This document shows positions 7,878 through 15,766 of a stretch of 64,000 bases of DNA, one piece after another; the first letter of the stretch is position 1, and every line of letters starts with the position of its first letter. The translations under genes and the position numbers were made by a program. The DNA comes from Shigella phage JK36, in sequence record MK962754.1, one strand, 5' to 3'. The notes beneath the pieces are model-generated. The model saw only the letters and a program-made list of their open reading frames with translations. It ran no database searches and was not told the origin of the DNA.

Positions 7878-8439
7878 GGATTAAATTGTTAGTGAAATTA
7901 GGACTAACAACCATAGTTTCATAAAGCGCATCAATAGCACTTAAAGCATCAACTCTTTTAAGCAAAGGCTTGCCTTCATACATAGTTTCAGAATCGATGA
8001 TTAACGTAAAGTAATATTTTTTATTATCGACTAGAACTTCTGTATCGATATAAAACATATTAGACCTCAGAAGCTTATCTCTAAAACCATAATAATCTTC
8101 AGAGCGTTCGCTGATATATTCCCATTCAGTGTTTAAACAACAAACAGACCATGTAGGAGCAACGAAATCAGTGAATCTAATATCATGGTCTGCAACTAGT
8201 TTAGCAATAGCTCCGATATCATGAATCATAATACCTGGGGCTAATAAAGATTTTCTGCTATGGCTAGCCGTTTTCTCGGTGGTCTCATAAGAAGACGACC
8301 AGTACCATTTACGTCCGGTTGCAACATATCGTAATGAATCAACTAAAGACGTAGGTGGATTTACCTTATCTCGGAACTCTTCGAACATTGAGTCAATATC
8401 ATTATTTTGGTTTCGCATGTTAACTCCTTTATTATCCAA
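7816..8439 (-). CDS. hypothetical protein (207 aa) with internal FIMECR motif near C-terminus
   Basis: ORF in operon; ...LEQFIMECREYVKANPIHAK near C-terminus; no obvious TM segment. Confidence 0.5.
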   Translation of the reverse strand: MDNKGVNMRNQNNDIDSMFEEFRDKVNPPTSLVDSLRYVATGRKWYWSSSYETTEKTASHSRKSLLAPGIMIHDIGAIAKLVADHDIRFTDFVAPTWSVCCLNTEWEYISERSEDYYGFRDKLLRSNMFYIDTEVLVDNKKYYFTLIIDSETMYEGKPLLKRVDALSAIDALYETMVVSPNFTNNLILEQFIMECREYVKANPIHAK

Positions 8440-8467
8440 AAGGAGGACCGGAGTCCTCCGTATTATT

Positions 8468-9061
8468 TTATTTCAAAGAGTTAATATATTCTTGTACATC
8501 AGCAGAAGTGGTTTCGACGCCGGCTGGAGTGCCATTGAACGTTTCAACACGAGTCAGAGTGTCTTCGATATCAACCTTAGTCAGTGCAGCGATTTCAATT
8601 ACATCATCGGCCGTAGAGATACCAAGGGCATTGGCTGCTCGAGTTTCACGAATGTATTCGAGTTTGATTGCCAGGTTCTGACGAGCATCGTCAAGTTCAA
8701 CCACCTTACGAGCAATTTCAATTCGCATAGCGGCATACCCGTCAGCTTTTGTATTAAGTTGTTCGGCAGTTCGACGATACAGAAGACCAAGCTTAGCATG
8801 CATAGTAACATCTTGTCCTTCAGCCAGGAGCTTACGAATTTCACGTTCCTTAGAAGCGGCTTGCTTGTTCTTTTCATTAACAAGTTCGCGAATACGTTTT
8901 TCTTCATTAATAGATTTAACAGAAGCCGTTTTTAGTTCTTTGATTTGTGTAATCAACTTATCTGCGGCTGCGTTATACTGTTCTTCGACAGTCAGATTTT
9001 TAGCCATAGCAGTACCCAGTTTAGTGCGGATGAATTCAACAAGTTTCTTCAGTGTGTTCAT
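8468..9061 (-). CDS. coiled-coil protein (197 aa), PspA/IM30-like heptad pattern (tentative)
   Basis: ORF-track start is TTG; ATG at 9061 with AAAGG RBS; long charged alpha-helical sequence. Confidence 0.45.
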   Translation of the reverse strand: MNTLKKLVEFIRTKLGTAMAKNLTVEEQYNAAADKLITQIKELKTASVKSINEEKRIRELVNEKNKQAASKEREIRKLLAEGQDVTMHAKLGLLYRRTAEQLNTKADGYAAMRIEIARKVVELDDARQNLAIKLEYIRETRAANALGISTADDVIEIAALTKVDIEDTLTRVETFNGTPAGVETTSADVQEYINSLK

Positions 9062-9131
9062 ATTATTACCTTTCAATTGGTTGTTTATTATCCAATGAGA
9101 GCATTATACTCTGCTCTCAAGAGTTTGTAAA

Positions 9132-9359
9132 TTATTTTTTAATCAAATTGACATAAAACTTGGCGTCTTCGGGGTGCATGCCTTCGCAGTATTCTTCAAC
9201 CATGAACTTCTTAACAGCTTCATAAGGACCACTCAGATTAAGCTCAGTTGTCCAGAACTTGGAATCTTGGACTGAATCGATACGAACTTCAGGGTGGCGG
9301 TTGCGAATAACTTCTTCTGTGTATTCATAATCAACGACATCAATACTAACTTTAGCCAT
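9132..9359 (-). CDS. hypothetical protein (75 aa)
   Basis: ATG at 9359 preceded by PeSL cassette. Confidence 0.45.
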   Translation of the reverse strand: MAKVSIDVVDYEYTEEVIRNRHPEVRIDSVQDSKFWTTELNLSGPYEAVKKFMVEEYCEGMHPEDAKFYVNLIKK

Positions 9360-9365
9360 TTTGTT

Positions 9366-9418
9366 TTCCTCTTGATTTGATAGGACTACTATAACATAAA
9401 CTTACTTAGATGTAAATT
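9366..9418 (-). promoter_or_regulatory. early promoter / PeSL-like cassette
   Basis: TTGATAGGACTACTATAACATA plus -35-like TTTACA (minus); upstream of 9132..9359. Confidence 0.5.
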
Positions 9419-9570
9419 ATTTCAACGTCACCTTTAGCTGCTTTATAACCTTCAGCCCAAGATACAACAGAGTTTTTATCCGAGGATTCAAATTCAGGCA
9501 TTGGACTTTCACCAATATTCACACAGTATGTTTCTTCATTTTCATCGAACCAAATAATTAAAGTAGTCAT
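9406..9570 (-). CDS. hypothetical protein (54 aa)
   Basis: ATG at 9570 (MTTLIIWF...) with GAGGAG RBS inside conserved cassette; upstream ORF-track extension lies within promoter. Confidence 0.4.
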   Translation of the reverse strand: MTTLIIWFDENEETYCVNIGESPMPEFESSDKNSVVSWAEGYKAAKGDVEIIYI

Positions 9571-9632
9571 TTTGTTTACTCCTCTGTAGTTGATAAGTCT
9601 ATAGTACCACCATCCTTGGCGTTTGTACATCA
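9571..9632 (-). promoter_or_regulatory. early promoter / PeSL-like cassette (43 nt identical to copy at 46917-46959)
   Basis: Leader+RBS+start cassette TAGTCATTTTGTTTACTCCTCTGTAGTTGATAAGTCTATAGTA identical at two loci. Confidence 0.55.
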
Positions 9633-10133
9633 TTTATTTTTAATTTTGCAAATTTTTTCTGCTTCAGCAATTGCAGCGTCAATGATGCTTTGTGCAATTT
9701 TATTACTAGTTGACCTGGCAATCACACTAAGAACAATTTCTTTTTCTTCACCACCCCAACCCCAAGTCCTTTGTTCGTGGGTACCTTTAACTACAGCTGA
9801 AACTTCAACAGAACGTCCACCATCAGAAGTTTTAACATCTACAACCCAATCACCATCTTTCTCTTCTACCCTTGATTTATCCCAAGAAATACTAATATAT
9901 GATTCGCCGTCAATAGAAGTCGCCGGGTTTTTCTCTACCGTAAGACCTTCACTTTCCAGCCATTCAATAGTATTTGCGCATAAATCAGAAGAACACCTCA
10001 TCGGAAACCGGCAAGATTTTTCACCTTTAGATGCTGCATCGTACATCTTTTCCAAAATACGCTTTTGCACGTTTTTAAAAATAGTTTCAGCAGATTCTTC
10101 AGATTTTTTATTCAGTTCAGTGTAAAGACTCAT
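9630..10133 (-). CDS. hypothetical protein (167 aa)
   Basis: ORF preceded by PeSL cassette; no recognisable motif. Confidence 0.5.
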   Translation of the reverse strand: MSLYTELNKKSEESAETIFKNVQKRILEKMYDAASKGEKSCRFPMRCSSDLCANTIEWLESEGLTVEKNPATSIDGESYISISWDKSRVEEKDGDWVVDVKTSDGGRSVEVSAVVKGTHEQRTWGWGGEEKEIVLSVIARSTSNKIAQSIIDAAIAEAEKICKIKNK

Positions 10134-10137
10134 AACA

Positions 10138-10192
10138 TTTTCCTCTATGGTTGATAAGTCTATAGTATCATGTCCTTAGAAGAAGTAAACAT
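10138..10192 (-). promoter_or_regulatory. early promoter / PeSL-like cassette
   Basis: Minus GTTTAC (plus 10184-10189) + 17 nt + TACTATAGACTTATCAACC. Confidence 0.55.
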
Positions 10193-10220
10193 CTTTATGA
10201 AATATTTTTATGCCCTAGAT

Positions 10221-10250
10221 ACCAAAAGGCCCCAACCATAAGGAAGGGGC
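10221..10250 (-). terminator. rho-independent terminator (minus strand)
   Basis: GCCCC-(12 nt loop)-GGGGC hairpin followed on minus strand by TTTTGG; 7 nt after stop of 10257..10721. Confidence 0.55.
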
Positions 10251-10256
10251 ATTCTA

Positions 10257-10721
10257 TTATTTAATTTGTTTAGCAGACCAGATACGGTCTTTAATAAGTT
10301 TTTGGATATCTTCAACATACTCAAGGCTATGAGCGTGAGGATTATCTTTGAAGCTATGTGCTCGTGCCAGTTTCTGGCCTTCTGTTTTGATTACTAAAAG
10401 CTCTTTAAGAATTGCTTCATACTTAGAAATAATTCCTTTGGCGATATTTTTTTCTTGAGCTGCTTTAGGGTCTGTTTTTGGCGCAGGTGCTTTACCTGTA
10501 GCTTTCTGGAACAATTCACCTGATGCAGCTAGGCTTTTAAAAACTCGGCTAACAGTATTAGCATTAGTAAAACCTTCGGCTTTAAAATCTCTAATAAAAC
10601 GGAAACGTTCTTCATCAGAGGCGTCTTTGTAAGAATATTTACCTGCTTGAATTGCTGCAATCGCAGCGGCTTTTACATCTGAACTAGATTGTTCAGTCAA
10701 AAATTCAGCGTATGATTTCAT
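10257..10721 (-). CDS. internal-protein-like capsid-targeted protein (154 aa)
   Basis: N-terminus MKSYAEFLTE resembles CTS; followed by own terminator. Confidence 0.5.
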   Translation of the reverse strand: MKSYAEFLTEQSSSDVKAAAIAAIQAGKYSYKDASDEERFRFIRDFKAEGFTNANTVSRVFKSLAASGELFQKATGKAPAPKTDPKAAQEKNIAKGIISKYEAILKELLVIKTEGQKLARAHSFKDNPHAHSLEYVEDIQKLIKDRIWSAKQIK

Positions 10722-10764
10722 GTTGCTTTTCCTAAGTTAATTAACTTATCTATTTATTATTATG

Positions 10765-10794
10765 CCAAAAAGCCCCGACCTTTCGGAAGGGGCT
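10765..10794 (-). terminator. rho-independent terminator (minus strand)
   Basis: AGCCCC-(loop)-GGGGCT hairpin followed on minus strand by TTTTTGG. Confidence 0.55.
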
Positions 10795-10799
10795 AAGCC

Positions 10800-11000
10800 T
10801 TGCGGCAACCTTGTCGGGGTTCCACCTGCTAAGGCAAGTGTTTGTACGAAACGCCGGGATTCGAACCCGGTTATTAAGCAGTTGACGCTACTCAATATTT
10901 TTAAAAGGCCATATCTCGACCATATCCGAACGTTCCGTCAAAAACGCTACTCGGCTTACGGCAAAGATATTTCCTCGAATCGATAATTCTGTGCGCCGTT
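10800..11000 (-). ncRNA. candidate small stable RNA with tRNA-like T-arm (possible species-1/2 RNA analogue)
   Basis: No credible ORF; minus strand contains CCGGGTTCGAATCCCGG (perfect T-arm-like hairpin) and a GNRA hairpin, directly upstream of a terminator; boundaries uncertain. Confidence 0.25.
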
Positions 11001-11105
11001 TCTGCTGTGATGTAAGGGGATATTAATGAATCATAAAGATTTATTAAGACCAGTCCTTACTCAGGGAACATCAGTCCGACGACTTACCGGTAGCGACCCG
11101 GCTTC

Positions 11106-11450
11106 TTATTTTGGCATATCATCAATTTGTTCTCTACGTCTACGCCATAGATTAATCGCTTCATTGGCACATTCTGCGTTTGGTATATGACGGCAATAAT
11201 ATAATGATTCGCGTTTCTGGAACCGATGTTGTAATGGAATTTCGTTTAAAAGGTCTTTACGGTCAAAGTATTCAAAACTAGTTAACCCGGAACGGTTTTT
11301 AAGAAACTTCCAATGTCCGAATTCATTTTGAAAATAGACATAATCAGCATGCTGATACAGCGAATTAATTAACCTATCGGAAATAACTGTTTCACGTTCG
11401 TTAAAATAAAACGTTAAGTCATGAACTACCAGATAAATATTGCCTTTCAT
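11106..11450 (-). CDS. hypothetical protein (114 aa)
   Basis: ATG at 11450 with GAGGA RBS, immediately downstream of tRNA cluster. Confidence 0.4.
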   Translation of the reverse strand: MKGNIYLVVHDLTFYFNERETVISDRLINSLYQHADYVYFQNEFGHWKFLKNRSGLTSFEYFDRKDLLNEIPLQHRFQKRESLYYCRHIPNAECANEAINLWRRRREQIDDMPK

Positions 11451-11468
11451 ATTTTCCTCACTTATAAT

Positions 11469-11544
11469 TGGTCGAGACAGTAGGGATCGAACCTACGACC
11501 TAGGACTTAGAAGGTCCTTGCTCTTCCTTCTGAGCTATGCCTCG
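11469..11544 (-). tRNA. tRNA-Arg (anticodon TCT)
   Basis: Hand-folded cloverleaf on minus strand: acceptor CGAGGCA/TGTCTCG, T-loop GGTTCGATCC, anticodon loop CTTCTAA, CCA encoded. Confidence 0.8.
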
Positions 11545-11548
11545 TATT

Positions 11549-11623
11549 TGGCGGACGTGATAGGATTCGAACCTATAACCAATCGCTTAACAGGCGATCG
11601 CTCTGCCATTGAGCTACACATCC
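11549..11623 (-). tRNA. tRNA-Asn (anticodon GTT)
   Basis: Acceptor GGATGTG/CACGTCC, T-loop GGTTCGAATCC, anticodon loop CTGTTAA, CCA encoded; not in T4's set. Confidence 0.75.
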
Positions 11624-11627
11624 AAAT

Positions 11628-11714
11628 TGGTGGGGAGTGATGGAGTCGAACCACCCGAGTCGCAATGACAATGGATTTACAGTCCACACCGCTACCTCTA
11701 CGGGATAACTCCCC
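11628..11714 (-). tRNA. tRNA-Tyr (anticodon GTA), long variable arm
   Basis: Acceptor GGGGAGT/ACTCCCC, anticodon loop CTGTAAA, long variable arm, CCA encoded; not in T4's set. Confidence 0.75.
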
Positions 11715-11726
11715 TAATTCATAATT

Positions 11727-11801
11727 TGGTGGCCCTGGGTGGAATTGAACCACCATCTGGCGATTATGAGTCGCTTGCTTGAACCTTCCAGCTACAGGGC
11801 C
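11727..11801 (-). tRNA. tRNA with anticodon CAT (Met, or Ile2 if lysidinylated)
   Basis: Acceptor GGCCCTG/CAGGGCC, T-arm GGTGGTTCAATTCCACC, anticodon loop CTCATAA. Confidence 0.7.
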
Positions 11802-11802
11802 T

Positions 11803-11878
11803 TGGTGCTGATTGACGGAATCGAACCGCCGACCTTCTCATTACAAGTGAGTTGCTCTACCTACTGAGCTAAATCAGC
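11803..11878 (-). tRNA. tRNA-Thr (anticodon TGT)
   Basis: Acceptor GCTGATT/AATCAGC, T-loop GGTTCGATTCC, anticodon loop CTTGTAA. Confidence 0.8.
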
Positions 11879-11883
11879 AAAAC

Positions 11884-11973
11884 TGGCGGAGGCGATAGGA
11901 TTTGAACCTATGAGTCGCCGGAGCGACTGCCGGTTTTCAAGACCGGTGCATTAAACCACTCTGCCACGCCTCC
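11884..11973 (-). tRNA. tRNA-Ser (anticodon TGA), long variable arm
   Basis: Acceptor GGAGGCG/CGCCTCC, anticodon loop CTTGAAA, long variable arm, CCA encoded. Confidence 0.8.
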
Positions 11974-11975
11974 AG

Positions 11976-12049
11976 TCTCCATACAAGGATTTGAACCTTG
12001 GACCTCCTGATCCCAAATCAGGCGCTCTACCAAACTGAGCTACACGGAG
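11976..12049 (-). tRNA. tRNA-Pro (anticodon TGG), CCA not encoded
   Basis: Acceptor CTCCGTG/TATGGAG, anticodon loop TTTGGGA; 3' end followed by CTG not CCA. Confidence 0.75.
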
Positions 12050-12059
12050 TAAATTAAAT

Positions 12060-12133
<74 letters not shown>

Positions 12134-12138
12134 AAATT

Positions 12139-12225
12139 TGGTGCGAGAAGTGGGACTCGAACCCACAAGGAAATCATTCCGCAGCATTTTAAGTGCTGTG
12201 CCTTTACCAATTTGGCCATTCTCGC
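12139..12225 (-). tRNA. tRNA-Leu (anticodon TAA), long variable arm
   Basis: Acceptor GCGAGAA/TTCTCGC, anticodon loop CTTAAAA, long variable arm. Confidence 0.8.
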
Positions 12226-12226
12226 G

Positions 12227-12299
12227 CTGGGAATAAAGGACTCGAACCTTTGCATCCTGGAATCAAAATCCAGTGCCTTACCAACTTGGCTAATTCCCA
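12227..12299 (-). tRNA. tRNA-Gln (anticodon TTG), CCA not encoded; 1 nt from tRNA-Leu
   Basis: Acceptor TGGGAAT/ATTCCCA, T-arm AAGGTTCGAGTCCTTT, anticodon loop TTTTGAT. Confidence 0.75.
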
Positions 12300-12368
12300 A
12301 TTATTAACAAAGGCTCTCTAACAAGAACCCTTGATGATAGAGGGTATTAATCAGTGCGATATGAGTTA

Positions 12369-12393
12369 ATAATAACAAATAATTCTTAAAGCA
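12369..12393 (-). promoter_or_regulatory. possible MotA-dependent middle promoter for tRNA cluster
   Basis: Minus strand TGCTTTA + 12 nt + TATTAT about 70 nt upstream of first tRNA. Confidence 0.3.
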
Positions 12394-12396
12394 TAT

Positions 12397-12690
12397 TTAC
12401 CATTTATGATAATACATATTTACGATGCAGTCAAGACCCAAAGGATTCTTGAAAATATCATATTCAAGAGGACCTTTTTCCGTTTCAATAAAGAAATCAA
12501 AATTTACTGTATTAAATTTACGGTCTTCCTTCACTAATTTAACTTGAGAAGATGAACGGTCAATGTAAACCTTTTCAACTTCAAAACATGTTAAAATGCC
12601 ATAATCATCAATCAAGGCTTTAGCCGCGTCTTGATCATATTTATATCCATTTTCAATAGACGATACTTTAGCATAAAGAATCATTATCAA
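12397..12690 (-). CDS. hypothetical protein (97 aa)
   Basis: ORF in minus-strand early operon; no recognisable motif. Confidence 0.4.
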   Translation of the reverse strand: MIMILYAKVSSIENGYKYDQDAAKALIDDYGILTCFEVEKVYIDRSSSQVKLVKEDRKFNTVNFDFFIETEKGPLEYDIFKNPLGLDCIVNMYYHKW

Positions 12691-13085
12691 CCTTCATCAA
12701 CAATAGTATGAGTATGGGCATTTACAATTTGCCACCAATCAAAGCGATTAGAACCATACATCGGGTTGTTCTCATTTTCTTTGATAATGTCACGGAGTTC
12801 ATCTTCAGTAGCGGCTTTCGCGATTAAATCAGCATATCCACCGCGAGGATAATAATTATCACCTGCAAAAAGTAAAAAGTTCGGTTTAATATTATTGAAC
12901 TCTTCAAGAGTAATAACTTTTCCTGTCGGTTGAACAATCTCTACATATTTATATCCTAATTTTTGAGCAGCATCTACTGCTTCAAGCAAAGTATCATGAG
13001 CCCATCCAATTTGACAACCTGGCTTTTCAGATGGATTAGCCTGATAATCCGCGTACACTTTATACATTCTATTCACCTTTTGCAA
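12687..13085 (-). CDS. hypothetical protein (about 126-132 aa)
   Basis: ORF overlapping neighbours by 4 nt (coupled); start may be at internal Met (MYKVYADYQ). Confidence 0.4.
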   Translation of the reverse strand: MQKVNRMYKVYADYQANPSEKPGCQIGWAHDTLLEAVDAAQKLGYKYVEIVQPTGKVITLEEFNNIKPNFLLFAGDNYYPRGGYADLIAKAATEDELRDIIKENENNPMYGSNRFDWWQIVNAHTHTIVDEG

Positions 13086-13275
13086 TTTTATCCATAACGA
13101 TAGCGATTAAACCGATTAGAAATGCTACTACCAATGAGATAGAATTTTCTGTTGTTGTCAGTAGTCCACAAATGAATCCTACAAACATCGAAAAACTAAA
13201 AGCCATTGAAGCAATTACTACAGCAACATTACGAATCAGTTCAGCGCGTTTCATTTTATTTCTCCATTTACTCAT
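13069..13275 (-). CDS. small membrane protein (68 aa)
   Basis: Two hydrophobic helices (VAVVIASMAFSFSMFVGFICGLL / LVVAFLIGLIAIVM); ATG after PeSL cassette. Confidence 0.4.
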   Translation of the reverse strand: MSKWRNKMKRAELIRNVAVVIASMAFSFSMFVGFICGLLTTTENSISLVVAFLIGLIAIVMDKIAKGE

Positions 13276-13277
13276 TT

Positions 13278-13322
13278 GATTTGATAGGACTACTATAACA
13301 TAATCCTATCATCATGTAAACT
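13278..13322 (-). promoter_or_regulatory. early promoter / PeSL-like cassette
   Basis: TTGATAGGACTACTATAACATAATCCTATC stem-loop; minus GTTTAC at plus 13316-13321. Confidence 0.55.
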
Positions 13323-13324
13323 AT

Positions 13325-13612
13325 TTACAGAAGAGTTTTTGCAATAATTTTAAGCTGAGCTACAGAAATGTGCTTAGCTTTAAACAGTGCAGTCTCTTCA
13401 GCCGGAGAGATAACAATAGTAGCGCCGTCTTTCTTAGCAGACCATCCATCCCCTAAGTAAACAGTACCTTTTACTTCTTCGCCGTCAACCAGACTAATCA
13501 TTGGTTTACCCTCACGTCCTTTATTTGCTTTAATAACTTCGGAAGTAAGGGTTGCTTCGGTCAGAGTAGAAACATTAGCAACAGGTGATATAAATTCTTT
13601 ATAGGTTTTCAT
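13325..13612 (-). CDS. ipI: internal protein I-like capsid-targeted protein (95 aa)
   Basis: MKTYKEFISPVANVSTLTEA... CTS-like; 95 aa and position adjacent to 57B as T4 ipI; symbol by position only. Confidence 0.55.
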   Translation of the reverse strand: MKTYKEFISPVANVSTLTEATLTSEVIKANKGREGKPMISLVDGEEVKGTVYLGDGWSAKKDGATIVISPAEETALFKAKHISVAQLKIIAKTLL

Positions 13613-13629
13613 TTTATTTCCTTGAGGTT

Positions 13630-13682
13630 GTTTATTTGATAGGATGATAGTAACACACCATCATCCTTATGTAAACTGTTTT
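13630..13682 (-). promoter_or_regulatory. early promoter / PeSL-like cassette
   Basis: GATAGGATGATAGTAACACACCATCATCC inverted repeat; minus GTTTAC at plus 13671-13676; upstream of ipI-like gene. Confidence 0.55.
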
Positions 13683-13689
13683 GTGAAAA

Positions 13690-14375
<686 letters not shown>

Positions 14376-14379
14376 TTTA

Positions 14380-15114
14380 TTACCTTAAGATTGTTTCAAT
14401 TTTAGAATAAAGCTCTTCTAAAGAGCCGTCGTTTGTAATAACTAAATCGCCTTCTTCAATAGGCAACCCAGCTTCTGTAATATGTTTATCGGTGGATTCC
14501 GTACCAGAGCGAACCACATGAATAACTGTAGCACCCATCGCTCTAGCGGTTTCCATTTCATGGACTTGGCGTGTATCGGTTACAACATAGTAATCGAAAT
14601 CACTTCCAATATAATCCATATAGTTTAATGCAAAAAGTTTAACCCAATACATACGGTCAAATAAATTAACGACAACATCCGTACCGAGGGCTTGCATAAG
14701 ACGGCGGATCGACCATGTGTCGTTGATATTATTTATAGCTTCGCGCAGGGCTTCATATGGTTTAATATCTAGATACGAATATCCACCTTCTAACGATGAT
14801 AATACTTTAACATTATTAATCGGTAAATAATGACTTTGCAAATAAATTAGCGCTTCTTCCAATAATTCAATAACATCCAACTTATTGAGATTTAATGGTG
14901 TTTCACGGTCGTATCCAATGCCTTCAAAGTATTCGTATTTCAACTCGGTGAATACATCAGGGTTTTCAGCATGTTTACGACCCCATGCGATTGCTAGAGC
15001 GTCTTTAATCGGATATGCTAATTGGTATTTTACGGATTTAAAGTTTGAATTGATGTAATCAGCAGTAGTGTCTTTACCACTACGTTTGATGCCACTTAAA
15101 AAGATTAGCTCCAT
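14380..15114 (-). CDS. 1: deoxynucleoside monophosphate kinase (gp1)
   Basis: MELIFLSGIKRSGKDTTADY... P-loop; very similar to T4 gp1 (241 aa). Confidence 0.95.
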   Translation of the reverse strand: MELIFLSGIKRSGKDTTADYINSNFKSVKYQLAYPIKDALAIAWGRKHAENPDVFTELKYEYFEGIGYDRETPLNLNKLDVIELLEEALIYLQSHYLPINNVKVLSSLEGGYSYLDIKPYEALREAINNINDTWSIRRLMQALGTDVVVNLFDRMYWVKLFALNYMDYIGSDFDYYVVTDTRQVHEMETARAMGATVIHVVRSGTESTDKHITEAGLPIEEGDLVITNDGSLEELYSKIETILR

Positions 15115-15167
15115 AGGTTTTCCTCATATAATTTATGAGTGATTATAACATACGGAGCTAGAAGCGA

Positions 15168-15758
15168 TTAACGCAAGGAAGGGTGTCTAGAAATGGATTT
15201 AGATTCGACTGCTTGACGTGGTTGTTGAGATACAATGACTTCACCATCCTTTTCTATCGTCATATACGCATAGTGAATAGTTGCTACGCATGTAACGGCA
15301 GGGTCAGAGTCTTCAGTGTAACTAAATTCAATTTCACTCAAATCAGAAATCCATGGTTTATAGAAATTCGCCGTCAAAACTACTTCAGTCTTATTGTTGT
15401 TTAAAATGTGCAAAGTAACAAACTCAGGACCATCGGAGTGGGCTGTATTATGACCGGTTATATAGTTATTAGTGCTGAGCATCCATTTATACATGTTCAT
15501 CCAGGACGTCATGTCTTCATCAACTATAAATCGTACAACAAAAGGGTCATATTCAAATGTGGTGCCTGCACGCATTGCACGTCCTAACCCCATTGTGCCC
15601 GTCACAGTTTCAACAACAGGAATTCTCACACCAGGTAATGGAGCCGTTTGAGCATTAAGCACAAAACCTGAAGTTCGTGTACTATCCGGGATATCCACAA
15701 CAAAGTTTGTTATATTTGTTTGGTTAAAAATCTGTCTCGCTGGACGAGTCATAAGCAC
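15168..15758 (-). CDS. 3: gp3 tail completion/sheath stabilizer protein
   Basis: Synteny 1-3-2-4; size close to T4 gp3; exact start (15758/15752) uncertain. Confidence 0.75.
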   Translation of the reverse strand: MLMTRPARQIFNQTNITNFVVDIPDSTRTSGFVLNAQTAPLPGVRIPVVETVTGTMGLGRAMRAGTTFEYDPFVVRFIVDEDMTSWMNMYKWMLSTNNYITGHNTAHSDGPEFVTLHILNNNKTEVVLTANFYKPWISDLSEIEFSYTEDSDPAVTCVATIHYAYMTIEKDGEVIVSQQPRQAVESKSISRHPSLR

Positions 15759-15766
15759 CTCAAAAA

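Noticed and set aside
8417-9130. Several plus-strand ORFs (8417..8935, 8865..9098, 8945..9130) and nested minus ORF 8599..8907
   Set aside because: All overlap the well-formed minus-strand coiled-coil gene 8468..9061; no RBS; judged to be shadow ORFs of an AT-rich region.
9616-10125. Plus-strand 169-aa ORF
   Set aside because: Exactly antisense to minus-strand gene 9630..10133, which sits in the operon context (PeSL upstream, terminator downstream).
10840-10880. Possible eleventh tRNA (T-arm GGGTTCGAATCCCGG)
   Set aside because: Could not build an acceptor stem or anticodon arm at correct spacing; kept only as part of a candidate small RNA.
10762-10986. Plus-strand 74-aa ORF near the tRNA cluster
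   Set aside because: Covers the minus-strand terminator hairpin and the tRNA-like non-coding region, and is antisense to the direction of the whole early operon.
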